Assembly: GCA_013265495.1 (NCBI GenBank)
Contig: MU057987.1
Span: 434,001-460,880 of the forward strand
Reading direction: 5' to 3'
Source of the DNA: Vicugna vicugna
Taxonomy: Eukaryota
Length of the DNA: 26,880 nucleotides
In this document: positions 1 through 12,240 of the stretch, in pieces
How positions within the stretch are numbered: the stretch's first letter is position 1
Layout: the number at the start of each line of letters is the position of its first letter
Position numbers and translations under genes: made by a program
Notes under the pieces: generated by a model
What the model was told of the DNA's origin: nothing
The model's input: the letters and a program-made list of their open reading frames with translations, nothing else
Databases searched by the model: none

Positions 1-2136
1 TTAATCTGCAAGTCAGTTGTTCAGAACAAACTTTTCCTTGTGGATACTCACATGTGTCTGTTATGACTTTAGCCACCTTTTAGACTGTGTGGACCTGTGC
101 TGTTTTTAGATTCGTTCAGGGAAAGGAGATTCCAGATGGAAATTCCTACTTTCTCTTCCTACTGTGGCATTTAGTTGGGTAACTGGACCTTATTACTGAG
201 ATACTTCACTTGCTCTACTGAAGAGCCAGGCACGTTAAAAAAGCAAAAACAAAAACACACCCATAGACATGAACACAAAGAACTCACAGAACACCCAACT
301 TAGAGCAACCAGTATCCTCACTTTTTGCATGTGATCAGCACCGGGAGGCGTCTTGGTAACCCCCTCCCAGAGGCAGAAAGGGGCTTCCCAGAGAAGGGGG
401 TGTCTGGGCTGAATCTGAAGGCTCAATGGGTGTCTTACTGGTGGTCAAGAAGGAAGGGCTTTGCAGGAATTCAGTCAGAGTTAAAACCGTGATGCTTTTG
501 AGGAGCTAGAAATAGTTTGGGGGCTGCAGCACAGGAAGGGAATGGGTGGGGACAGAGGACAGGAATCAGATTACAAACAGCCTTATCCGTGACGCCGAGG
601 GCCTGAACTTTACCACTGAGAAGGGAAGACTGTCAGGGATGGGATGGAATCCCACAGAAAGTGCCGCTTCAGGGACTGGCCGGAACGTTCAGTTAAGATT
701 CTGTGGAAGGACACGGAAGCCAGAATTCCCGCTTTAAAAAAGTGCAGTTCCTACACCTGCGTTCAAAAGATTCACTGTGTCTTGAAACCCGATAACCATG
801 GGGATAACTAAACAACTTCTCATAATGACGAAAGCTACATGAGAAGTGGCACCATCAGGCCCTCTTACGTATCAAAAAGGTCTAGTTACATACATATTCC
901 TGCTAATTCCCCTAACCAGCCCTATATATAAATAAGCTGGAAAAGGGAAAAGTCAGGGCACATTTTTGTACGTAAAAGAGTTCCCGGCACTGTTTTTGCC
1001 TTCCAGGAGCTTTTGAATCACGTCTGCTGTAAATAAACCTGTTACCTATTTAACAGAAGTAAATAGATACTTCAAAAAGCAGCGTGCATTTCAGAAATAG
1101 ATAGTAATGAATATCTGTAAAGACAGATAAGCTAATTCTGTTTCAAAGCTTTTTCTACAAACTGTAGGACCATCTAAAAACCGAAGGCAGATTATGTAGA
1201 CGTAACATATGACTATTTCAAGGAAGCCCAGGAAATGAGTCTTGTCAGCACATGACTGAAGGCAATAAATACAACAGCCGCATTCCACTTTGTAACGGAC
1301 TGAGACCAACTCTGATCTTGGAGATACTTAATGGGAGGCTACGGCCAAAGAATGAGTACAGCCATATATTCACCATCAGTATCGATATGTATCAATCTCT
1401 GATACGAACAATAAAAATTCGATAGGAGAATGGCAGTAAAACCGTAGGTGTGATCAAAAAAAGCAGCGTAAGTCATTTTACTTCAAAACTTAAGGATTAA
1501 ATGTAGCAGAATGCTTGGTCAGTAATGAAACAGAAGAAAGCCACAATAATTTTGACAGTGAAAATCATATCTGTTATATTCAATAGAGAATTAGCTGCCT
1601 TTTACAGAAGCTCTTAAAACTCCTCAACTAGACAAGTATTTAAATCGCTCAAATAATATTTAATTTAGCTGTTGTTCCTACTAATCTCATTTGCTGGAAC
1701 TCTCTCCAGTCATTGAGTAGGCAATGAATTCTCCTTATTTGTAGGATTCAAAGGGTACAGAGTGAAGAAAATGAAAGTAAACTATTATTACAGATACCAG
1801 GGCCAATAAATGAAATTAGAATTCACTATAATATTGTTAGCCTATTTATTCCTTGTAATCTAGGGGAAAATCCTTTCGGAGAGTATGCGGCTAACACTGA
1901 TAATATATATGGATGTCAGTTACAAACGCAGAATATTAACGGGCAGATCTCTTTTGGGTTGATCAAATCTACCGCCTCTGCTCTCTGTTACTGAAGCCAC
2001 ATTTGCTGTCTCAGCAAGATAAAGGAAAACAATGTGTTTTAATGAACCCCACAGCTGTATTCCAAGCAGGTTGTGGTCTACATGGCACTAAGAGCGTAAA
2101 ATAAACACCCTTATAAAGAAAGCGAGTCTCTCTTCA

Positions 2137-2448
<312 letters not shown>

Positions 2449-3310
2449 TTATGATTAAATATTTCTTTCACGCGGTTCTTTCTTCTGCGGTTTTCGGTTC
2501 TCCAGTCTGTGCGCCATCTGCTTTCCTATGTTCCTCGTCAGTTTCCATTGGGAACAGCAGTGAGATGAGGTCCCACTAAAAAAAAGACTAAAAACCCGAC
2601 TGGAAAATACAGTCGTACCATAGCAGCGAAAGTACTAACTTCATGTTGATGGGGTTCAGGACACGCTAACCCCAAAATACGGCACCGGGGCATATTAAAT
2701 ATCTGAAGCTGAAGGAATCTTGAAAAAAACCGGCAGAAACAGGAAGGTCACTCTGAGCCCCGCACCTTGCCCTTCTTCCTGAAACAGGCTTCCTGAAACC
2801 CCACGTGAGAGGTCCCCTCCTTGTGCCAGGAGAAGGTACATCCTCTTTACCACCAGAGATGGAGAATGTGGGACCAAGAACTCTGCCCAAACAAATCTTG
2901 TTAACTAACCCCTATTATCCTGATTATTTCTTCACCGATTACTACTCCAGTCCAAACTCTCTTGTCCTGTCAATTCTTCACAAGTGTATTGTTTCTTTGT
3001 CTAAAAGGTATAAACATTTCCTGTCATTTCTTCAGGTCTTGTGAAGACTCCCAGGCACAGGTCAAAGTTCCATCAAATGTGTGCGCTTTCCTCCTGTCAA
3101 TCTGTCTTTGTTGGTTTAATTTTCAGACCCAACCAGGGACCCTAAGAGAGGTGACAAAAGATTTTTTCCTCCTCTACAATGTCACACTGTTCTTATTTAA
3201 AAAAAAAAATTTTTTTTTTTGATGTGAGTGTATTTTCCTTTACTTAAAGGATGGCATTAGCTCATCAGGAAGGTTTCAAAACCACTTCATTCCTCACGCC
3301 TTTCAACGGT

Positions 3311-3490
3311 CTAGAGTTGGCAAACGATTGTCTGTGGGCCTCGTCTGGTCTGTGGCCTATTTTTCTTAAAGAATGGCTTTTACATTTTTAAAGGATTATT
3401 TAAAGAACAGGAACAACAAAGAAGAGACTGCACGTGGCCCACAAAGCCTTTCTATCCAGCCCTTTATGGAAAAAGTTTGCCAATCTCTAG
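3311..3490 (-). mobile_element. hAT-Charlie non-autonomous DNA transposon, MER58(B/C)-like
   Basis: Terminal inverted repeats CTAGAGTTGGCAAAC (3311-3325) and GTTTGCCAATCTCTAG (3475-3490) differ by a 1-bp indel. Internal 'aagaatggcttttacatttttaaagg' and 'gtggcccacaaagcct' match the recalled MER58 consensus. Confidence 0.75.
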
Positions 3491-3929
3491 TCCAGAGGTG
3501 GGAGCCAGGGAGCGTGGTTTCTCTTCTGACACAGCCCTGTGGGAAGGTCTTAGAAAAACAGCCGTCTACGCTGAGAGGCAGAGTAGACCTCGTGAAGAAG
3601 GATGCTCTGGGCATCGGCGGGACCCTCAGAACTATTTTCGGCTTTAGTATCAGCCAGCTGGACGAGGAACGTACAAAGAAACTAACCATCATGTGGAAAT
3701 GCACCAAAATTTTAGGTTTGGGCAAATACTTTGTAGTTTTCAAACCTCTAAATTCTGGTGATATAAAATGTCACATCCCCAGCTTAACCAAAATTCTCTA
3801 ATTCAATGTTATTTACAGAAAGTACAGATTTTCTGGTGTTCTTTTTAATTCAGGCTTCATCTCTGTCTAAAACCAGCTCCAAATTGTTGATGGAATCTCT
3901 ATGGCGGCTCTGATTCATTCAACGCTTGA

Positions 3930-4150
3930 ATATCTACCTTGTTGTGGGCAAAGCTCCAGATGCTTCACACAGGTTTGCTCATCTAATGCTCTGAGCAGCA
4001 CTGTGTGATATTAAGTTTTATTATCCTCATTTAAGAATGGAGGAAACTGAGTCTCAAATAACCCAGGTCACATGTCAAAGGCTCCGGATCCACTGAGAGA
4101 CAGACTCTGACTTCAAATGGATTAGACTCCAAAGGGTAGGTCTTTGCAGT
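3930..4150 (-). mobile_element. MIR SINE fragment
   Basis: Reverse MIR core 'ttattatcctcatttaagaatggaggaaactgagtctca...cccaggtcaca'. Ends are approximate. Confidence 0.7.
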
Positions 4151-4299
4151 CACCTGGGAGGGTGAGTCAGGTCGGAGCTACAGGGTTGGAGTTAGGAGAG
4201 AACAGAGTAGGTGGACAAGGGAGGGACAAGAGTGTGAGGAATGGTTAATATAACCCAGGAGACAGACACAGGGGAGAAAGGTCACTGACATTCAAACCT

Positions 4300-4480
4300 G
4301 TTACGTACCAGCCTCTCGGTAAGTCTCTTCTCACTGATACTTTCTAACAAATGCTTTATTGGCATCTTTTTAGAATGAAGAAGCAGACTCAGAGAGGTTG
4401 AGTAACTTGCCCAAGGTCACACAGCTGGTATCTAATTGAGATGGGAATCAAAACCAGGCATGTCTGACTTCAAAATGTTG
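4300..4480 (-). mobile_element. MIR SINE fragment
   Basis: 'actcagagaggttgagtaacttgcccaaggtcacacagctggta...gggaatcaaaaccaggcatgtctgact' is a strong match to the reverse MIR core. Ends are approximate. Confidence 0.8.
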
Positions 4481-4856
4481 ACTGAAAACTGAACTCTGTT
4501 CACTGAGAGACCCTCGTTCTGACAACCCTCCCCTAAACAACTCTTTACCAAGAGCTTCAACTAACCTAGCAGGTGAAGACACCCAGGAAAAGCTCCTACT
4601 CGGAAGAATGGACAAGGTGAGGCAGGTACACAGAGTAGGACCAGCCAGAGTGGACTGGAAACCTGGTGCATCGCCACGTATAAAACACTCAGAGAGGGAA
4701 AGAGCGCGTTAGGTTTGAGCCTTGAATGACACGTGGGCTTTGGACAAAAGACCTTTCTGGGAGAATCAACAGCATGAGCAAAAGCACAGGATGCTGCGTC
4801 CTCTTGTCAGGATAGATTATTTTAAAGCACTCATACAAAACTTGAGTGAAAGCATC

Positions 4857-5002
4857 TTTTTAAAAAGTTTTTTAAAAAATGGGATAGTTAGGTTTATTTA
4901 CTTACATTTGTCTCTCTTTTTTTTTAACGGAGGTACTGGGGATTGAACCCAGGACCTCGTGTGTGCTAAACACTCACTCTATCATTGAGCTACACCCTCC
5001 CC
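4857..5002 (-). mobile_element. tRNA-derived SINE, camelid vic-1-like, with target-site duplication
   Basis: The minus strand reads GGGGAGGGTGTAGCTCAATGATAGAG (A box)...GTCCTGGGTTCAATCCCCAGTACCTCC (B box), then an A-rich tail. TSD is AGTGAAAGCATC (4845-4856) and AGTGGAAGCATC (5004-5015). Confidence 0.88.
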
Positions 5003-5599
5003 AAGTGGAAGCATCGCGACCTTGCACACATTTTCTCCGTTTTAAATTTTATAGCGTTTACGAGTGATTTACAGACTATCTTAAAGCAAAGGCATACAAT
5101 GATATGACAGATGCAAAAGCCTTTGAAATGTTAATATTACACAAAATAAAAAGACAGATTCATTGAGAGAATTCTGAACGTCTGCCCACGAAGAAGGATG
5201 TGTTTCCAGGCCATGTTTAATTGCATAACTACCCGGCTTAATAAAGCGGGGTACACCGGTAGTAAGCGTGTCTTCTGATGTGATGGAAGCTTTGTGGAAA
5301 GTGGAAAACTGATTGTACATATACTGACAATGACGGTTATAATAAATGTTTCTACACTAAGGCTGTAAAATGCTTTATTTGCAGTCTGAATTACATGAAA
5401 TTAAGTAACTGAATCTTATGTTTAAGGGCTGTCCTTTACCTGCTGACAGACCCCTTGGGGGTCCTCAGTCTATGAGATAACTCTTTGTAAGAACACAGAG
5501 CGATTTATCTGGCTGGAGACACAAGAGGCATGTGGGGTTTGCTCGTGTTATTTCTTACGTGGAAAGAACTTGTCCAGCCTGATTTCGTATACAGCTCCC

Positions 5600-5760
5600 A
5601 CTATATCTGAAGGGTACCAGCAGAAATGCATTTTGTTTGGTTGACAGTGTTTAAAAATTTTTCAAATAAGTTGTCAACCTATAGACTTTGGGATCTTTCA
5701 CCTGAAAGTAGGAAGTTCTGGTGTAAAACGAGGCTCGAGTTCTGAGACAGCAATTTGTTG
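5600..5760. mobile_element. Probable MER102-like hAT-Charlie fragment
   Basis: 'ttttgtttggttgacagtgtttaaaaatttttcaaataagttgtcaac...gggatctttcacctgaaa' resembles the recalled MER102 consensus. It is highly diverged. Confidence 0.45.
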
Positions 5761-8700
5761 GTGCTGAGAACATCCATCTCCTTTGGACAAGACAGCATCT
5801 CCACCTGGCCTGCTGCACTTAATGCTGTATACATATAACAGCATATTCATTTACAGGTTCTTTTCTTTCTTTCAATAGTCCTTTCCTACTGCCTTAAGAA
5901 CCAGAGCAGGAGGAGACTTAAAATGTTTATAGTCTTGGTTCGTTCTTTCTATCATCGATAGGTCAGGCCCGTAGAAAGTGCTCCTTAAACAATGTGTTGA
6001 ATAAAAGTCTCAGTGATGATACTCATGCCTGATGTGCACGAGAGCAACCAATTCAAGAAATGTGCCTTGGATCGCATGACACGTCACGGCAGCAATTCAC
6101 CACGGGGAGGAAGGGAGAGACCCTGGGACCCATCACTGAGGCTCCCTGCCGTGGAGAGTCTCCCCATGATGATGCAAACGTGTCATGTTCCTCAGACACA
6201 CTGGTATCTAAAAAAGAGGCACAAACCCACTGATTTACAGGAAACTAGCAAAGGGGTTAAAACACGCCGCTTAACTTCTCTCTGGGACGGTGTCCCCTGT
6301 CCGTTGAAAATACAGGATATAAAAATCTGACAAAGTGTGCAAAAGTGTCCTCAGGTCACAGGGGTAGGTTTTTCTGTCCACGTCCATCTGTGCCATATGG
6401 CAGGGTCCTGACCTGAGGTCCAATTTGAAGCCTTTTGATAAAGGGTCATTCTCTACAAACCTCCTAAATTATACATCTTTACAGTCCCATGATGCTTTAC
6501 TTAAACACACAAATTACAACATGTAGGATAAGAATTATAAAGAAATTACAGAGACCGAAAACATTCTCAAGATCACTGGGTTCATGGCCTTACTTCTGAA
6601 GATCATGAAGAAACAATCCCAGAAGAAATCTTTATTTGGTTCCTAAAACTCTCTAGAGAAAAAGTGGATGGAAAAATTCTCTTACGATTGTCAACCTTTA
6701 CAACGTCAGCTTCCCAGAGAAATTCAATTTTCAAAGGAAGGCCAAAGAAAATCTCTTAACTAATGTTTGGAATGTGTGTTATTTAGCAATGATCATGAGA
6801 AGTAGGCATAAAATCAGGGATTTTAGAATACTAACACTGCAAGTAACTGAAAATGCTTTTTTTTCTCCTGTCTATGATTTAAAATGTTTTAAGGGCGATA
6901 CAATTCTGGGAGAGTTAGTAAGAAGTTAATCAGCAGCTAAAACTCTGGCTCTGCCTTTTCTCATTAAATTCCACTGACTTGCAATGATTTACAGCTGGTT
7001 CAGAAAAGGATACCACGGATCGACCTTAAGGCACTTGGTTATGTTCAAATAGAATAAAATGCTGCATCAGTATAATGTGAAATTCTGGAATCCCAGGCAA
7101 AAATTTCAGGAAGCCCCATGGCTGGTAGAATCTTTAGAGTCGTGCACTTACGTCTGTCTTAGAGAATGATGGAAACATTCATTTACCTTTTCACAAGTAG
7201 CTCAACCTGATGCCGGTTTCAGATCTGAGAATGTGAAAGAAGGAACCAGCCATCATCTGTCAGGAATGACATAAGGAGGTTCCCCATGTGAGAGCTCATA
7301 CTCTCCAAGCAAAAGTCCTTCCAAGTGGGTGTTGTTCCATCCCATCGATTACTGCCACTCGTAGAGGTTAATGATTTGCCCGAGGTCACGGACTCAGTTA
7401 AACGGTGTGGAAGGAGAAGACAGAGACCACCAGAGGAGGGGAAATAACAAAAATGCTGTATCTTGTTGCCTGGACCAGTGAAGAAATGGACAGAACAGTT
7501 TGCTGGCCGTGGGGAAACATGAAGGACTTCAGGTTCTAGAAGTGGAGTTCAAGATGGTTACGCTAACGAGACACTGGGATCCAGGACTCTGGTTTGTGCA
7601 CAGCTGGTTAAAGCCTTACCGACTCTGAGTCAGAAAGGAGTCTTCATGTGGGTCCAGCAGCAGTCTGTACCATGAGGGAGAGGGAGGGCATTCAGAGTCC
7701 CTGGTTCGTCCGCCCCCACGGGTAAGGACCAGTGATGGAACACCAGGGCCAGTTTTGCTATCTCCTAGGCAAGGGCTAGTTCAAGTAGAAAGTGTTCCTT
7801 TTATAGTAGAGCCAAGGCAAGTAACTTAAAAATTCTCATCTGGATGAGGTAAACATTTTTAATGTTCCAAGACTGGATGACGGAAAGAAAGAAAAATACT
7901 AACGTGAAAGTAAATGGACGAAATTTGGAAGCAAAAAAAAAAAAAAGTTATCTAAAAAAGAGCTGACTGTGGCTCAGGCAGGGGACTCCAGAAAGACAAG
8001 AAAAAGAATGGAAGTTGGAAGAGGAGAACGTTATCTCTCCTTATATAGCTCCTGGCATTAAAATAACTGAATAAGGGAGTGATAAGGTATCAACACATTA
8101 CCATACAACTGCTGACAAGGAAGCTGAATACTGAATACCCTTGCAAGCTTTATGCAGATTACATCACAACCCGACTTTCCGATTTTCTTTTCCAGCAAAA
8201 TATAGCTATGGCAGTAACGATCTCCACAGGCAAACTGACGTGGAAACCTAAATTGATTCTATGCATTATTAAAGCCCCCCCTCCCCAGTAGAAGATCTGC
8301 TAGCAGCTTTTCTAGCTTGAACCATAAACCTGATAGAGATAAAATCACTTTGGGACTTAAGATACAGATGAAGGTCCCCCATCCTGTGTTCATCTACACC
8401 TTTCTCTCACTGGAATCCTCACGATGGTGGGGAGCTGAGTCCCCATTACACACGTTCATCGCTTCTGTTTCCGTGGCTTACTGTTCATGCTGCCCTGTCA
8501 CAGCGTCTTTTAAAATTCTTTGTAAAATTCTGTTTTCAGAATTCTGGGTGAGCCAAAGATGCTTTTGTGTGTGTTTGTGTGTGCAAAATTGTGGTTCTGC
8601 CTCAAACACTAGCACTGTTGAAATTTTTATCACAACCTACTTCCCATTGTAAAATTATGGCACATTTTTTTTGGAAACATATGCAGTAGAGACAATTCAG

Positions 8701-9394
8701 TCTGATGTGGATTCAACAAATACTTTCTGAAGAGTCTCCTGGGTCATAGACTTGCTTAATGACCTCACAGGGCTTTTAGTCTAGTGCCTTTTAAAAGGAC
8801 ACCCTTTAAGATCATGAAAACATAATAAAGTATTACAAAAAATTATGGAAGGTGAAGGTGTAGGCAGCTGTCAAAAGAGATGCTTCTGAAAGAACTAAGG
8901 ATGTGGATACAAAGAGAATTTCTAGCAGAGCTCAGGGCTGCAGAAAGATGACGTTTCTCCCAAAATCTGGGATGTCTTTTATCCTACTGTTCGTAACTTC
9001 CCATTCTTTCCATGTAATTCAGTTACAGCCTTACAAAAATGGACCTATTTTCTTAACTCTTTCAAGCACTGTCTGTCTTGGGAGACAGAAAGCATAGTCT
9101 TCCAAATGCATCTTCAGTAACACATGCTCACCTCCAGCTCCAACTTCTCCTTAATAAAATAAAAATGTCACCACTCTGACAAGGTCAGAGTCATTCTTTC
9201 TTAGCACGGCCTATTATTCTATCTGGGAGGAAATCTAAAAATAGGTAATAAAGTCATGACAACATTGGGTTGGGAACATGGCAACAGAGTGTCAAAATCC
9301 TTCACTCCCGTATGCCACATGGTTTTGGAAATTTCCGAAAGAGACATATTCTTTGCTTTAAGATAAATTTACACACGAAGTCAATACGGAAGAC

Positions 9395-9510
9395 GGAGTA
9401 CAGTATTGTGATTTAAAAACTCGATTCTGAAATCAGAGCACCTTGATTCAAATCCTGGCTCTACTGGAATACAACTGGGTGACCTTGGGCGGGTTACATA
9501 AATTTTCTGG
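9395..9510 (+). mobile_element. MIR SINE 5' fragment
   Basis: 'ttgattcaaatcctggctctact...actgggtgaccttgggcgggttac' matches the MIR B-box region. Confidence 0.7.
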
Positions 9511-9581
9511 GCTAACCTTCAAGTACTCAGCCTTTGGACAGAAAAGTGAATGAAGACTTCATTGGTGGAAAAAGTCTACAG

Positions 9582-9806
9582 CAGGGATCAACTTTCAATT
9601 TAAGGACCAGATAGTAAATATTTTAGGCTTTTGGGGGCTATCCAGTCTCTGTTGAAATACGTCAACTCTGCTCTGCTTTGTAAAAGGAGACACAGACGAG
9701 ACATAAACTACGGGCACACTGTGTGGCTGTGCTCCAATGCAACTGTTTTTATAAATACAGGCGGTAGGTCAATCTGGCCAACTTGTAGAACTTTGGCCAA
9801 TACCAC
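9582..9806 (+). mobile_element. MER58A hAT-Charlie MITE, near full length
   Basis: 'ggaccagatagtaaatattttaggctttt', 'tcaactctgc', 'gtggctgtgctccaat' and 'acaggcggtaggtc' occur in the order and roughly 225 bp span of the recalled MER58A consensus. The termini are decayed. Confidence 0.82.
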
Positions 9807-11009
9807 TTAGTATCTTAGCTTTCTTTCTTTTTTTTTTTCTCTCTTTTTTGTTTTTCTGCATACTGGTAGCATCTACTCAGCATACAAATCTTTATCCCTT
9901 TATTACGAAGATATTGGCAACTTTCCACTCCTCTAAAACGAAATGTAACAAACTTATAATTCGTCAGGAAGAATGAAATTTAAGATGAATTACATAAAAT
10001 ATTGTGTTGGCTTATGTGAAGTGATAGGGGTAGCAAATAAAAAGCCCCGTGCAAATCAACTGCACGTTCATAATATTTACTGCCCCGCAGGGAACGGGCA
10101 CTGACCAGTTCAGAATATATGTTGTCTGTAGGCAGTGCGAGTCACCTGGCCATGAGGGCTTTCGAGAATAGCATGAAAAAAGGAACAGCAACGTGGTAAC
10201 CCAATTCCCAGTGAAACTTTCCTCTTGTGAAATCAATGTCACTCTTTTAATAACTAATACACACTGTAGTATTTGCAGGTAGGTATAAATGGATGAATAA
10301 CTTGGGAACATACTTAAGAGAATGTGCTTCAGCCAACAGTGAAAACGTTGAAAGTGATCTCTATAAGTACGTCCAGAGTCAGCCATCTGTTAGTTCGCTT
10401 ATAAAAGCAGAATGATTTTGTAAAGCAATTATTTCAAAGAGTCAAATAACCAGTTTCACCCTCTGCTTGAGTCAGAGGGGGCGTGCTTGGTTACCCACAC
10501 TGGGGCTGGTTCCTGAGACTGGCAGGAAAGCTAGAGAGACCGTCCTGGGCTCAGGGAAGTGGCTGGTTTGGTCTCCATGGACTTTCTCTTACCTGTGCTC
10601 CATCCTTCTGTCTTGGCATCTAGCCTAGATTTTAGATTTTAGTTTCTGCTTCCCAGATTGTATTCTCAGATTAAAAAACAAAACAAAACAAAAGAAACTT
10701 GGCTCCTCAAATTGCTTCTCCAGTGTCTAAGTTTGTCAATGTCAAAATGTGTTCAGTTCTGCAAGCCATGCTTAACAAACTCATTGGATCTTGTCCTTTG
10801 CTTTAAAACCAGATTACCGACGGTCATCTAATAAGCTATGGCTAAGTGCCCAGTCTCGCTGGTCCTGCCCAGTAACACCTGCGTGCTGTTGACCAGCACA
10901 AGTGAAGAAAACATCGTTCCTGTGTCAGCCAGTGCAGTGCCTAAGAACTGAGGCTGTCCAGTCACAGGGACTTGGGTTTGAAAACCGGACTGACAGCAGC
11001 ACATATACT

Positions 11010-11110
11010 GCATAGGATTGTTGGGAAGATTATAAAAGACACGTGAACTAAGGGCAGAGCTCAGTGTCTAACACAGAACAAGTATGTAGTGAAATTCCAG
11101 CATTTATGAA
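11010..11110 (+). mobile_element. MIR 3' fragment
   Basis: 'cataggattgttgggaagattataa...gagctcagtgtctaacacag' resembles the MIR 3' half. Confidence 0.55.
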
Positions 11111-11234
11111 TATGATCATCATTAGCTGAAGACCTCAGAGATCTCAAAAAATGCAAGTGAAGTCAGCAGGGTGTAATGGTTCAATTAACCCTGAAGTTAG
11201 ACTTGCAAACTAGAGATTCAGGAAGAGGCCCCAA

Positions 11235-11340
11235 TGCACCAACATTCTGTGAGTGCCTGCCAGGTGCCCACTGTCCTAGATACTGGAATTAAAAAAAAAA
11301 AGTCAACGTGACAAGTCCGTGGTCTCACAGGGCTTGAGGT
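11235..11340 (-). mobile_element. L2 LINE 3'-end fragment
   Basis: 'caacattctgtgagtgcctgccaggtgcccactgtcctagatactgg' is typical of a reversed L2 3' terminus. Confidence 0.55.
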
Positions 11341-11899
11341 TGGGACTAGGGCTGCACACAAGATCCCAAAACAGAGGTGGACGTGGGATGCTGTGGGAGC
11401 CCAGAGCAGAGACATGTGATTCACCCTGGGACCCCAAGAGAAGGTGCCTTGAGATGGAATCTTGGTGGCTGAACAGACGTAGGCAGGGAAAGACCATGGA
11501 GCAAAAGTGGAAAATAGCGTGACACCGGTTAGACGCATGGGAGGTTCAGTTCTACTGCAGTTGAAAATGCAAGCCGGAGGGGCAATGAGAGGAGAAATGA
11601 TGCCATCAGCCCCCATTCCTCAAAGTCAAACCCAGAGGCACAGAACCGTGGGTTCGCTCCCCAGGGAAGGGAAAGCTGCCCTCCCGGGTGTCTGGTGAGT
11701 CTGACACACAGTGAGCTGCTCTCGCTCCTGCATCTCCTCTGTGTCCAGGGATCCACTTCTTTCTGACCTATCTGATGGGTCAGAAGGATGCACTTGGTCT
11801 AGCGACACACTGTGGGAGGGGACTGAGAAATGCTCTTCTCAGTGAACCTCAGAAAAGATTCTCTAAACACAGGTACCCAGCCTGGGTGGGCAGAGATCT

Positions 11900-12240
11900 C
11901 CAGCTGGTCACCCAGCCCATTTATTCTCCTCTCAAGGCAGGAGTGGAAGTGATGTGTGTCACTTCCAGGCCTGGCCCATAAAAATCTCCCACAAATCATC
12001 TCCTGTGCTCTGTCATGTATGGCTAGGGTGACCTTGGACGCCACATGTGGAAGACGGGGGAGCCACTGACCCTCTGAGTCCCTGAGTGACTGTGTGGAGT
12101 GGTGGGGACCTTCTCCCCTTTCAAACTCCCATGACCCAAAACCCAAGCACTGCCATGTAAGCAAGAAATACACGTCAGTGAGGCTTGGGTCACTCCAGTG
12201 AAATCTTAATTTGTTCCAGCAGCTAGCCTATTTTAACAGC
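11900..12240 (+). mobile_element. ERVL-MaLR solo LTR remnant (MLT1I/J-like)
   Basis: Contains 'ggaagtgatgtgtgtcacttccaggcctgg', 'gtccctgagtgactgtgtggag', 'gcaagaaatac' and the terminal 'ttgttccagcagctagccta', all recalled MLT1 hallmarks. Subfamily is uncertain. Confidence 0.7.

Noticed and set aside
3373..3801. Overlapping 142-aa (+) and 115-aa (-) ORFs
   Set aside because: They overlap a MER58-like element, show no recognisable domain, and have lengths compatible with chance in intronic DNA.
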